NCBI RefSeq assembly: GCF_009834535.1
Contig: NC_045707.1
Coordinates: 50,036,001-50,100,000 of the forward strand
Origin: Camelus ferus
Lineage: Eukaryota
Length of the DNA: 64,000 bases
Reading direction: 5' to 3'
The notes under the pieces were generated by a model. It was not told where the DNA came from, made no database searches, and worked only from the letters and a program-made list of their open reading frames with translations. Shown in pieces: positions 1 through 11,403 of this stretch. Position 1 is the first letter of the stretch. The number at the start of each line of letters is the position of its first letter. A program made the translations under genes and the position numbers.

Positions 1-59
1 CAATGTAATGTCTCTGTGTGTCAGTTTCCTCATCTGTAAAATGGAAGTGGTAATATTTT

Positions 60-330
60 CTCTCTATAATGTGCAATAGGATTAATATAATTAACACTGC
101 TGTGTGTTATATATTAAAGTTATGAATGTAAACCCTGAGAGCTCTCATCATGAGGAAAAAATTTATTTTATTTTATTTTGTATCTGTATGAGATGATGGA
201 TGTTCACTAAACTTACTGTGGTAATCATTTCATGATACATGAAAGTCAAATCATTATGCTGCACACCTTAGACTTATACAGTGCTATATAAGTCAATAAT
301 ATCTCAACAAAACTGGAAAAATAAAAAAAT
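60..330 (+). mobile_element. L1 3'-end fragment (L1MA-like) inserted into a MIR (MIR parts ~13-55 and ~335-420)
   Basis: Homologous to 18400-18680 and 23030-23275; A-rich tail; MIR core tcagtttcctcatctgtaaaatgg directly upstream. Confidence 0.75.
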
Positions 331-719
331 AATATTATCTGTCTTATAAAATTCTTATAAGAATTGTGTCAAAATTTGTAAGATGCTTAGAAAAGTACCT
401 GGCATGTGGTGAGCCTATCACAGGTAGGCAATACATTTTTTAAAAGTCGGCTTTTAGGTGATGGGACAATAGGTGATTTTTTTCTTGTATTCAATTAAAA
501 ACATCTATTTTTTGATAATCGGAAAAAAGTTTAAAAATTTTTTTTACTAAAAGACTTAGAGAAAAATCCATACTTAAAATTTCTCTTTTCTTTTGAGCTA
601 GCTTCTACATCTCCAACTTTTTCTTTTTCTTTTAATCTGCTGTACCCAATGTTAGACATATTTTGGCTTTGAAAATCTTGAAGTCCTCAGAGTTTCCAGA
701 ATTATTATTTATTTTATTA

Positions 720-1310
720 TTATTTTATTATAGTCAGACATATATAAATTTTACCATTCTAACTATTTTAAGTGTACAATTCACTGGCATTAAATATATT
801 CACAATGTTTTGCAACAATCACTGCTACCTGTTTCCAGAACTTCATCATCTCAGACAGAAACGGCATCCATTAAACAATAACTCTCCCTTCTTCCTTATC
901 TCCATCCCCTGGTAACCTCTGTTCCACTCTCTGTGTTTATGAATCCACCTAATTGAGGTACCCTATATAAGTGGAATCATACGATGTATATTCCTCTATG
1001 TCTGGCTTATTCACCTAGCATTATGTTTTAAGGTTCATCCATGTTGTAGCATGTATCAGAGTTTCATTCCTTTTTATGACTGAATAACAGTCCATTGTAT
1101 GTATCACATTTTTAAATGGATTCATCTGTTAGATATGTGAATTGTGTCCTCTTACTGGTTTTTGTGAATAATGCTGCTATGAATATTGATCTACAAGTGT
1201 TTGTTCCACTCCCTACTTTTATACTTCGGGATATATACCTAGGAGTTCACTTTTTGAGGAACTGCTGAACTGTTTCCCCAGTGCTACATCATTTTGCATT
1301 CCCACCAGCA
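720..1310 (-). mobile_element. Old L1 (L1MB-like) 3' end, antisense
   Basis: Typical reverse L1 3' UTR text (aagtgtacaattca..., ttcatccatgttgtagcatgt..., cattcccaccagca). Confidence 0.8.
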
Positions 1311-1446
1311 TCCAGCATTATTTCTAAATATATCAGACTTCTTTTTTTTTAAGTCAAACCTAGACTGGGAATAAGTAGCAAAGAAAACTGCCACAGTTGG
1401 CTAAGTTGTTGGTATCAACACTTTTGACACATCACCTCCTAGATTA

Positions 1447-1620
1447 GAGCAATGTTTCTCAAAGTACACAGCTGAGACTCCCATGGCAAATATCTAAGGG
1501 GCTTATTATGTCTGTGGACCCTCGATCCCACCCCAGATGTGTTGAATCAGCATCTTTGGGAATGAGGTCACCTAAATCATCATTATGCTTGATAAAATGT
1601 GAGACTCAGAAATCTAGATT
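1447..1620. mobile_element. MER5-like hAT-Charlie fragment
   Basis: Terminal-like caatgtttctcaaagt and internal gaatcagcatct...gggaatgagg motifs. Confidence 0.55.
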
Positions 1621-2920
1621 GTTAAGTTCTCGAAGACAGGGGAAAATATCTCAGTCACCTTTGTATCCCTTGGAGCTAAATATACAGGAGATATTCAACA
1701 AACATACACTTGAACTAATACTGCAGGCTAAAGCTATTTCCTTTTTGCTTAATTGCTATGTACAGGATTCATTAAAACTAAATTCTATCGCTAGACAGCT
1801 AGTAAGAGAACCTGTAATTTCAGTGTGTAGTACACCTTTCATTTGCATAGAACGGGTATCTTACCAGCTGTGGTCTATTATTGCTATCTTGTGCTGCCAG
1901 GAATCTTAATTCTAGAGATTATTTTCAGCTGAGTCCCTTCATGCTTTGAGGCAGGGTAAAAAGAGGATATGGACTTGGAACTGGAAGAGCTGTCTATGTG
2001 TGATCTTTGATAATTATATGTAAAATATCTAAGAATGAAGTTTATAATTTGTAGACATTGGTAACATTTTGTAACTATATTAACCTCGTAGTTGCTGAAG
2101 CTCAAATGATATTATGTGTAAGAAAGCCTACTGTAGAAATGGCTATAGTTACTATATAGCCTAATCTTTAAACAAACAAAATACATGTTTCTAAGTTTTC
2201 CTAAAAACGTTAAATATGTTGCTGTATCAATTTGCTGCTCTAAAGCATGCGCAAATGAGCAGATTAGAGTAGAAACAAACGCACAGCAGAAAAACATTAA
2301 GTGGATGCACAACATCCATTCATTCGTTCATCACATTTATCCGGCATCTACATGCATATGACGCCGGGCATTGTGTGAAAAATAGTGATTAAATGCATTC
2401 AAACCTATCCTCCAGAGGTTTAGTTCCTTTGCGTGTATTAATAAATAGCAAGCTGCCCCACTTCATATCAAAGCTCTTTCCCAGGTTATAACAAGCTGTC
2501 TGGGACCCGCTTGAAATTCGCGCGCCCTGTCTCTTTAACGCGTAATAGAACTCTGATTGCATCGATCACAGAGTCGGTACCTTCTCCCCACATCTGTCTC
2601 TTTTCTATTCCGGTTACTACTCCCTTTCTGGGTGTCAAGCGGAGTGGGTGGGGGTCGCAGTAAACGTTGGCTTTGGTGTGTGGAGGCACCTGACTCCGGG
2701 GCGTCCCGCATGCCAGCTGCGGCGCCGGCGGAGCCTCGGGGCTCGGCTGGCCATGCCTGGAGCACGGGGTTTGACTGGGCCGCCGTTGTTGTAGTGACCG
2801 GGAGGTGCTGCCGCTCCGGGCGGACGGTTCCGGGCACCGCACGGTCCCCACTCCTACCCCGGCCCCTCCCTTCCCCCGGTTCCCCCCACCGGCAGGAGCT
2901 GGGAGCCGACTGCTCCCCTC

Positions 2921-2935
2921 ATGGCCTCCGCCCCG
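2921..2935 (+). CDS. POC1B: POC1B coding exon 1 (MASAP)
   Basis: ATG GCC TCC GCC CCG followed by GTAAG donor at 2936, inside the CpG island; joins exon 2 in phase 0 to give [17 protein letters not shown], matching the POC1B N-terminus. Confidence 0.93.
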
Positions 2936-3538
2936 GTAAGGACGGGATGGGGGACTCCTCCCCGGAGCCGGTCCTGTGGGCTGGGGGGCCAGGTCGGTGC
3001 CGCGCCCGCACCTGGCGGAAGATGGAGGCAGGTGTCCTCAGCCGGGCCCTGAGCCGCTAGCTCCTCGCTCCTCGCCCCGGGGCGCCCGCGACTTATCCTC
3101 CGCCACTGGGGCGTCGGGAGCGCCGAGCCCTGGCCGGGCTCCCGGGCGGCTCCTCACCGAGTCTCGGAGCTCCGACAGCCCGGGCAGCCCCATGGCCCCC
3201 GGAATTCTCTAAGGGTTCTCGTGGAGCGCCTGCGTCAGAATCACCGGGGAGGTTTTCAAAAAGTACGGAAGCCGGGGCCCCGCCTCGCACCTGTGACTGC
3301 GCGCCGGCGGGCGGGGCCCCGGAACGTGTATTTCAGTCAAGCTGCCCAGGTGGTCCCTCTCATTCGCTCGGTTCTGGGAAGCGCGAGTGTAGGATTTTGC
3401 CGGCTCTGCGGGGGTAGCTGGCCCTCGGCGTCCCCCTGTAGGGGCGGCCGCGTGTGCTCGCTTCGGACGCTCCCGCTCCGCACCCACCGCGGATGAGGAC
3501 GTTCCCGGGCCGGCCCCCGGGGGAGGGGACAGCGTTGA

Positions 3539-3904
<366 letters not shown>

Positions 3905-4262
3905 TAGGCCTGGACCTGACCGAGGACTTTCGCGAATTAGACACCAGGGGGAGTAGGTGGAAAGGGGAGGGGTTTGTCCTCGGCCTCGGGAGGGTGGGGT
4001 GTTGGCTGGAGAGTTTGTGAAAAGTTGAGAGACGAACAGGAGGAAGTGGGGAGAGAGGAGTTGGGGCTGTACCGGAGGCCGAGCACAGAGAGGCCCCAGG
4101 TGACCCCTGGGAAGCCCCCGTGGCTGGAAGGGAGCCGAGTGCCTGCATGAAAGGAGGGACCTGCTTGGAAGTTCGTTCCTACCTGAGCCGGGAACTCTAG
4201 CTTCGGGTTCGGCAGCCCTTCCCCTGCGTGGTGACTCTGGTGTCCGCGTCTGCGCCCCAGCC

Positions 4263-6011
4263 ATGAGGATCCGGATGGCCGTGAGGTGGACGTGGGCAGG
4301 CAAAAGCTGCCTTCTGCTGGCGCTTTTAACAGTGGCCTATCTCCTGGTGGAACTCTCCGTCTCCACTTTCCATGCCTCCTCAGGAGCCGGCCTGGCCAGG
4401 GATCGGGGGCCAGGACGGTCCTCAGACCCCGGGAAAGAGGCAGTGGATTTGTCTCGACCGCTTTATGAGAAGCCCCCTGCAGATTCCCACGCAACTGGGG
4501 AATGGGGGAAAGCAAGCAAACTTCAACTCAACACGGGTGAACTGAAGCAGCAAGAAGAACTCATTGAGAGATATGCCATTAACATTTACCTCAGCGACAG
4601 GATTTCCCTGCACCGCCACATAGAGGATAAAAGAATGTATGAGTGTAAATCCAAGAAGTTTAACTATAGGAGGCTGCCCACCACGTCTGTTATCATTGCT
4701 TTCTATAATGAAGCTTGGTCGACTTTGCTCCGCACCATCCACAGTGTTTTAGAAACTTCTCCTGCAGTCCTTTTGAAGGAGATCATCTTAGTCGATGACT
4801 TGAGTGACAGAGTTTATTTGAAGGCACAACTTGAAACTTATATCAGCAATCTCGATAGAGTCCGCTTGATTAGGACAAATAAGCGGGAGGGTCTGGTTAG
4901 GGCCCGTCTGATTGGGGCCACTTTTGCCACTGGGGATGTTCTCACTTTCCTGGATTGTCACTGTGAGTGTAATACAGGTTGGTTGGAACCACTTTTGGAA
5001 AGGATCGCTGAAGATGAGACAGCAATTGTTTGTCCTGTCATAGACACCATTGATTGGAATACTTTTGAATTCTATATGCAGACTGGGGAGCCCATGATTG
5101 GTGGTTTTGACTGGCGTTTAACGTTCCAGTGGCATTCTGTCCCCAAACATGAAAGGGACAGGCGGAAATCGAGAATTGACCCAATCAGGTCACCCACCAT
5201 GGCTGGAGGACTGTTTGCTGTCAGCAAGCAATATTTTCAGTACCTTGGAACTTACGACACTGGGATGGAAGTGTGGGGAGGTGAAAACCTGGAGCTGTCT
5301 TTTAGGGTGTGGCAGTGTGGAGGTAAACTGGAGATCCACCCATGTTCCCACGTGGGCCACGTGTTCCCCAAGCGGGCACCCTATGCTCGGCCCAATTTCC
5401 TACAGAATACTGCTCGGGCAGCGGAAGTGTGGATGGACGAGTACAAAGAGCACTTCTATAATCGAAACCCTCCAGCAAGGAAGGAAGCTTATGGCGACAT
5501 TTCTGAAAGAAAATTACTACGAGAACGGCTGAGGTGCAAAAGCTTTGACTGGTATTTGAAAAATGTGTTTTCTAATCTACATGTTCCAGAGGATAGGCCA
5601 GGCTGGCATGGAGCTATTCGCAGTATGGGGATCTCTTCTGAATGTTTAGATTATAATTCTCCTGACAACAACCCCACAGGTGCTAACCTTTCACTGTTTG
5701 GATGCCACGGTCAAGGAGGCAATCAATTCTTTGAATATACTTCAAACAAAGAAATAAGGTTTAATTCTGTGACAGAGTTATGTGCAGAGGTTCCTGAGCA
5801 AAAAAATCACGTAGGAATGCAAAATTGTCCCAAAGATGGGTTTCCTGTTCCAGCAAACATTATTTGGCATTTTAAAGAAGATGGAACCATTTTTCATCCC
5901 CACTCAGGACTGTGTCTTAGCTCTTACCGGACACCTGAGGGCCGACCTAATGTTCAGATGAGAACTTGTGATGCTCTAGATAAAAATCAAATCTGGAAGT
6001 TTGAGAAATAG
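4263..6011 (+). CDS. GALNT4: Polypeptide N-acetylgalactosaminyltransferase 4, single-exon CDS (582 aa from ATG 4263, or 578 aa from ATG 4275)
   Basis: Uninterrupted ORF with a type II signal anchor (CLLLALLTVAYLLV), stem, GT-A domain with DxH motif (DCH, 4953-4961), WGGEN motif and a C-terminal ricin-B lectin domain. The MAVRWTWAGK N-terminus and nesting in POC1B intron 2 identify GALNT4. Confidence 0.98.
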   Translation: MRIRMAVRWTWAGKSCLLLALLTVAYLLVELSVSTFHASSGAGLARDRGPGRSSDPGKEAVDLSRPLYEKPPADSHATGEWGKASKLQLNTGELKQQEELIERYAINIYLSDRISLHRHIEDKRMYECKSKKFNYRRLPTTSVIIAFYNEAWSTLLRTIHSVLETSPAVLLKEIILVDDLSDRVYLKAQLETYISNLDRVRLIRTNKREGLVRARLIGATFATGDVLTFLDCHCECNTGWLEPLLERIAEDETAIVCPVIDTIDWNTFEFYMQTGEPMIGGFDWRLTFQWHSVPKHERDRRKSRIDPIRSPTMAGGLFAVSKQYFQYLGTYDTGMEVWGGENLELSFRVWQCGGKLEIHPCSHVGHVFPKRAPYARPNFLQNTARAAEVWMDEYKEHFYNRNPPARKEAYGDISERKLLRERLRCKSFDWYLKNVFSNLHVPEDRPGWHGAIRSMGISSECLDYNSPDNNPTGANLSLFGCHGQGGNQFFEYTSNKEIRFNSVTELCAEVPEQKNHVGMQNCPKDGFPVPANIIWHFKEDGTIFHPHSGLCLSSYRTPEGRPNVQMRTCDALDKNQIWKFEK

Positions 6012-7029
6012 AAGAACACAATGGCAGTTTCGTCCTAAGCTGATACTAGCTTCAGGAAAGTCAAAGAGCCTTCAGAGAGCGTCAGTGAAGATTTATTTTA
6101 TCAGCGTTCACCCAGTGGTCACCTGCGAGAGCTCTGTAAAAGCTGTGGATTATTTTGGTATAAAACACTGAAACTGGGTGCACAGAGAGCTGCTGTTTAA
6201 TATTTCAAAGTGCCTCACTTATGGGTTGTTTCATTTAAGAGCCTTGTCGATACGGTCTCTTACTTCTTAAAGAAGTTGACTGTGACTTGTGATATAGAAA
6301 ACATTTAAGTGCTGGACTTAACGATTGTAAAAGTCCAGGCACAATGAGGGATGATTTATGTTGATGGGTAAGTTCACTGCACATCCCATTTTTTAACAAA
6401 ACTCAGAAATGTGCAGTTTGAGCTATTGCTACTTTGGTTGTACATAGAATTTGAATTTCATTTAGCCAGCACATTAAATTTTAGGTTTTGTTCTTTTTTT
6501 TAATTCTAATTTTCCTTTACTCAAAGAGCAATCAAGGAAAGTTAATCTTAAGGAGAAAGGCCTGGTTTAGACATATATGTGTCATCGGATGTTAATTTGA
6601 ATGTGAGTTTAGAGATCTTTTAAATATACAGACATCTCAGAAGAATATGCCCACATCTGAATGAAATGGGAGATATTTACATTCCATACTTTGCAAACTT
6701 GAGCTCTTGAACTTAACTGATCTATATGGATACCTCATATTGCTCTGATGTTGTAAGCTGTCCTCTCTGTGAACTTGTGTGTGTGTGTATAGGGCATTTT
6801 CTGATTGCACTTCCTTAAGCTATGAATGTATTGGAGAGAGGGACTCATTCAGAATACTGTGCTTCCCTTTGTTAATGCTTAATCACTTAAAGTAAACACA
6901 GTGGGGGCCAACTATGTTTACTGAAATGTGTGAAACTGAAAGTGGGCCCTGTTCCACAAAGGCTGCCGAGCTCTTCTATGAGTTCTTGCTGATAAGGACT
7001 TTTAAGGATTGATTTTAAGACAAGGGAGA

Positions 7030-7240
7030 AGGACTGGCTTGTTAATGGTGGATGCTACCTTCCAGCTCGTTTTCAGCACCTAGCCTGGAGCCTGGCACTT
7101 AGGCAGCCGTCGTTAAGAGGGTGAATGAATGAATGAATGAATGTGCCTCTGGTCAGATCTTTTGGGCCTCAGTGTTCTCATCCGTGAAGTATCCGTGTCT
7201 GGGTAGATCTCAAAGAGCCCTCCAGCTTCTGGAATGTTAC
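7030..7240. mobile_element. L2 3' end with (TGAA)n tail plus adjacent MIR, within the putative GALNT4 3' UTR
   Basis: cagcacctagcctggagcctggcact...(tgaa)n, then gggcctcagtgttctcatccgtgaa. Confidence 0.7.
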
Positions 7241-9018
7241 GCTTCTACAGTCAGTCACTGTGCAGTCTTTACAACGGTTTTATCTCCTCCCTGTTAACCT
7301 AGGTAATGTTGAGCAACGTTCAGTTCAGTTATGAAGCTGGAAGAGGGGAGTGGCTTTAAAAATTAAGTGAGCTGAGCTCAACTGAAGTGGTTTGTTTTGG
7401 ACTGAGTGGAAAGTTGTTATGGTCAGTGTTTGTATTCCTTTTATTTTGACAACTGCTGAAACAATTTTTGTTTTCTGTCTTTAATCTTTCAAACTCTAAA
7501 AGTGGTCTTTGGGGCTAAGAATATGAATATTCCCAAACAAAATTATTTGAGAAGTAAACATAATTAAAAAAATTATTTTTACTGTTATTCTAATGTTATG
7601 TCCAGAAAGCACAGGCTGAATTTAGAATTAAGTTCCAGTTAGTTCACTTTGGTCTAGATTTATGAGAAATGCATGCTCCATAAAGAATCAGTCCAAGTAC
7701 TCACAAGTTGTTTTCAGTGTCTACCTGATGACTTGGAGAGTAGAACTTTTGCAAAATTTAAATTTGGGAAACATTTTTAGGATAACCATTTCAAAAAGTA
7801 AAATTGCTACAGATTTTGAATAGTTTGTTTCTTTTATATTACTTAAAGTGAAAATGAGTTAATAACTTCCTATATGTTATGTAGCAAAGAATTGTCCAAA
7901 TTCCACGTGCAATGTGCGTGGCCCTGAATTTTGCAGAAGGGTTGATTGGTAGCAGATACCCTCCTAAACCCACCCTCACCCCTTGCTCAGTCTGCCTTAT
8001 TGTTTTTAAAATCACCCTTTCTCTTTTATTTATTTTTGTTGTTCTTCTTAGCCCCTTATCATATGGGAGATTTGATATATTCTGGTTGTATTTATTGGAA
8101 TTGTTTTTATTCTGGTATCTTACTGCTCCTGTCAAAAGGGAAAGGGAGCACCAAGAAGTAAAGCGCTTAGTTCTTTACTTACTTTTTGCCTAAATTGCAG
8201 GGTGTGACGCATTAATCTTTGTGGAAGAAAATTTAGGCTAGTGTTTTATTTATATCAATAATTGGGAATAGGTAGGTCATTCATCCCTCACAATAATGGA
8301 AGTGAAGAACAAGAAGAACAAGACTTTTGCATCTGATATATAGGCATTTCCGATTTAAGTCCAAAAACACACTGTAAAACTACAAACAAAATATATTTTC
8401 ATTCCTTACTTCTAATTTATTGGTACCAAAGTTCTCTTTTGCTGTAGATAATTAAGAGTTGATCTTTTAAATTAATTTACATGCTTAAAAGCAGTTTTAG
8501 TAAAAATTTGGTAGACAAGAAGTTTCAACTTTAAATGGTCACTATATCATTTAGCGTCCAATTCTGTGAATAGATTGACTACCTAAATAGGCATTTTTAG
8601 CAGTCTTTTTTTTTTTAATGGTAATCTAATCATCTGCAAGATCTCTATAACTGAAAATAACTTGTTTGTAAAAGAAAATCTGTCTATGCACCCAGCAGTA
8701 GGCTCCTGAGTATTCATTATATGTTGGCAAATCAAACTTTTCTAGGTTGGTGACAGGAGGTTATTTTTAAGTTGTGTATTTTTAGTTAGTTTCAATTTTA
8801 ATTAACTAAGGGTCTCAATTTTGATTAATAAAATACTTAGCTTTGACTTGTTTGTCCTTTTGAATTGCTGTTTTAATAATACTTTTAAATGAGCACAAAG
8901 AATGTTAAGGTTCAGATTAATCTCTTTTGAATGATGAATTTTTTTCTGGGTGATGAATGGTTTCCATCCTTTTTTTCCTTTTGTTAATGGTGTTTGCAAT
9001 ATTGATTAAGACATTTGA

Positions 9019-9024
9019 AATAAA
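9019..9024 (+). terminator. Candidate GALNT4 polyadenylation signal AATAAA (alternative at 8827-8832), implying a ~3-kb 3' UTR
   Basis: AATAAA at the end of a long, AU-rich, repeat-poor stretch, followed by GT/T-rich sequence. The cleavage site is not verified. Confidence 0.55.
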
Positions 9025-9804
9025 GTGTGTGCCTAATTTTTAGAAATGGATTCTGATGATTTTAGTCTATGGGATCACTCCTCCTGTGTACACATTTGTT
9101 GATGGTAACAGAAGTAAGTTAAGCTTGTAATTGTTTAACTTATTTGAAAATGCAGACAGTAGAAGATTTTTAAAAAGTCAAATCTCCTGTATTATTTTGC
9201 AAAGTCTCATTAACGAGCAAGTATTCTGAATTGGTATTAACACTATTAATGCATTAACTACTCATAGACAAACTGGAAATGATCAGGGATCTCTGGGACC
9301 CACTGGGGGCACTATAAAAGGAAGCAGGTGGCCACCTGTGTACATTAGCACAAATTTAAAAACCTGGTCTGAAAAGAAATACGTCTGTCTTATAAACTGC
9401 ATAGCCTCACATTTCCCTCATCCCTCTCTCTGCATCACCCTGTCCCTAAGTGCATTTCCCGCCCACCAGTAGCATCTTTCTTCCTCTTTAATGATTCCTG
9501 CCTAACGCCCTTCAGCCCTTCCTCTCCCAGCCTGACATTGCCTGAGCATCAATAGTCTAAGGGCTCTGTTTATGTATCAGATGTTTTACAGCCACTTTCA
9601 GGGTATGTGTAGTCAAGCTGAATATACTTTCACTGATCTTATTTTTTTAATATAGTTTTAAAGGTTATTATAAATACGTGTGTTATGATCTTGCTAATAC
9701 TGAGAAATATAATCTTCCTAGTAAGTTTCTAAGTGACTGTAACCCTATACAAATCATCTAATCTCTCTGTTTCAATTTCATAAGTGTAAAAAAAAAAAAG
9801 ACTG

Positions 9805-10040
9805 GAAAATCCATAGAGACAGGACATTAGTGGTTTCCAGGGGCTGGGGGAGGAAGAAATAGAGAATGATTGCTAATGAGGATGGGTTTTTTGGAGAATG
9901 TGGTAGTGGTGATGAGAATGTTCTGGAACTAGTGACAATGGTTGTTTGAATTTGGGCAAAACAATGAGATTGTACACTTCAAAAGGGTGAATTTATGGTG
10001 TGTGAATTGTACCGCAATAGAAAAAAAACAAAACAAAACC
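9805..10040 (+). mobile_element. L1MB-like 3' end with A-rich tail
   Basis: tagtggtttccaggggctggggg...gagaatgttctggaact...ggtgaatttatggtgtgtgaattgtac. Confidence 0.75.
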
Positions 10041-11039
10041 TTGGTGGAGAAAAAGAGTCTGGAGAATTTCATGTTTTGCAGGAAAGATTGCTCTTTTCTA
10101 TGTCCCTCTGAGCATTCTAGACTTTAAAACAGGCCAGCAACATTTATTATTAATACTTGAGTCATTCTGTAATTCAGCAGAATTAAGGAAGTTATATATG
10201 TGAATTTCCCAGCTTGTTATTAGGCTGCAGGTAGAAATCAGTTTGTATCAGTTTTTCCTAAAATTTCAGAAAAACTTGAATCAATCCCTTTCAACAGGAG
10301 GTAGATATTATTATAAAAGGTGAAATGAGTTCCTGAAGTGTATCGTTGTTTATGGCAGAACTGAAGTCTACCAAGGTCCTTCCAACTTGCTAGTAATCTG
10401 GTACTGTTTTTCCTTTTGTGCCAGCTTGATCACTTCCCCAGGCTGGCCTGGGAGGAGTGTCACCTGCAGGCCAGCAGTGTCCTCAGCTGTCTGGTCACCA
10501 TTCTAATCCATTTACTTACACTTACCTAATCCTGTTCAAAAAAGGAATAGGAGGTACTCTGTTTACTTAGTACTCTTTTTTTGTTGTTGTTAATTCTGCT
10601 GTGTCAGGTGCTTGGGTGTACAAACAGGTGTACAAAACAGATGTGCTTCTTATGGTGGTATGAGGAATTCACGGTCCAGTGACAGAGACAAATTTAACAA
10701 GTAAACATCCAAATCATGTGCAGGTACAACTCGAAACAGGGAAATGGCTGAATGCTGTGAAGAAAGGGAACAGGCTTCTTTGAGGGATGATAACCAGTTT
10801 ATGGGATCAAAGAACACTTCTGTGTGGAAGTTAGATTTAACTCAAGACCTTAAAGGAAAGTTACGTAGGCAAAGGCTAGAGGCAGAATAGCATATGCAAA
10901 GGTGGGAAAGATCTTGCCGTTGATCAAGGAAATAAAAGAAGGCCAGAATGGGTAGAGCTGTAAACAAAGAAAGAAAGAGAGCTCTGGGAGATGAAATTGC
11001 AAGGGGAGACAGAGGCAGCTTGCATAAATCCTTGGAGGC

Positions 11040-11403
11040 TATAATGGGTTAAATGGTGACCCTCCAAAAGATGTGTCCATATCCTAATCTCTGTAACCTG
11101 TAATGTGACCTTGTTTGAAAGAAAAGGTCTTTGCAGTTCCCATGATCAAAGATCCCGAGCAAGGATCATACTGAATTATCTGCCAGAGGCAGAGGTTGGA
11201 ATGACAGCCTCCAGCCAAGGAGATCCTGAAGGCCCCCGAAGCTGGAAAAGGCAAGGAATGAAATCTCTGGATTCTTTAGGGGGAGTGTGGTCCTGCCAAC
11301 ACCTTGATTTTGACTTCTGGCCTCCAGAACTGTGAGAGAATCCATTTGTTGTTTTAAGCCTTCAAGTTTTTGCTAATTTGTTATGGCAGCCACAGGAAAT
11401 GAA
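11040..11403 (+). mobile_element. MaLR (MLT1-type) solo LTR inserted within L2 sequence (~10580-12000)
   Basis: MLT1 motifs ccttgattttgacttctggcctccagaactgtgaga and ttgttatggcagccacaggaaa. Confidence 0.85.

Noticed and set aside
80..330. Similar sequence at ~80-330, ~18400-18680 and ~23080-23270 suggesting local duplication
   Set aside because: Divergence and separate A-tails indicate independent insertions of one L1 subfamily.
2753..2794. In-frame ATG upstream of POC1B that might extend the N-terminus
   Set aside because: Closed by TAG after 13 codons, and it may lie upstream of the transcription start.
5149..5532. 127-aa alternative-frame ORF inside GALNT4 (and antisense ORF 4422-4742)
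   Set aside because: Shadow ORFs of the real CDS, far from the 5' end, with no independent support.
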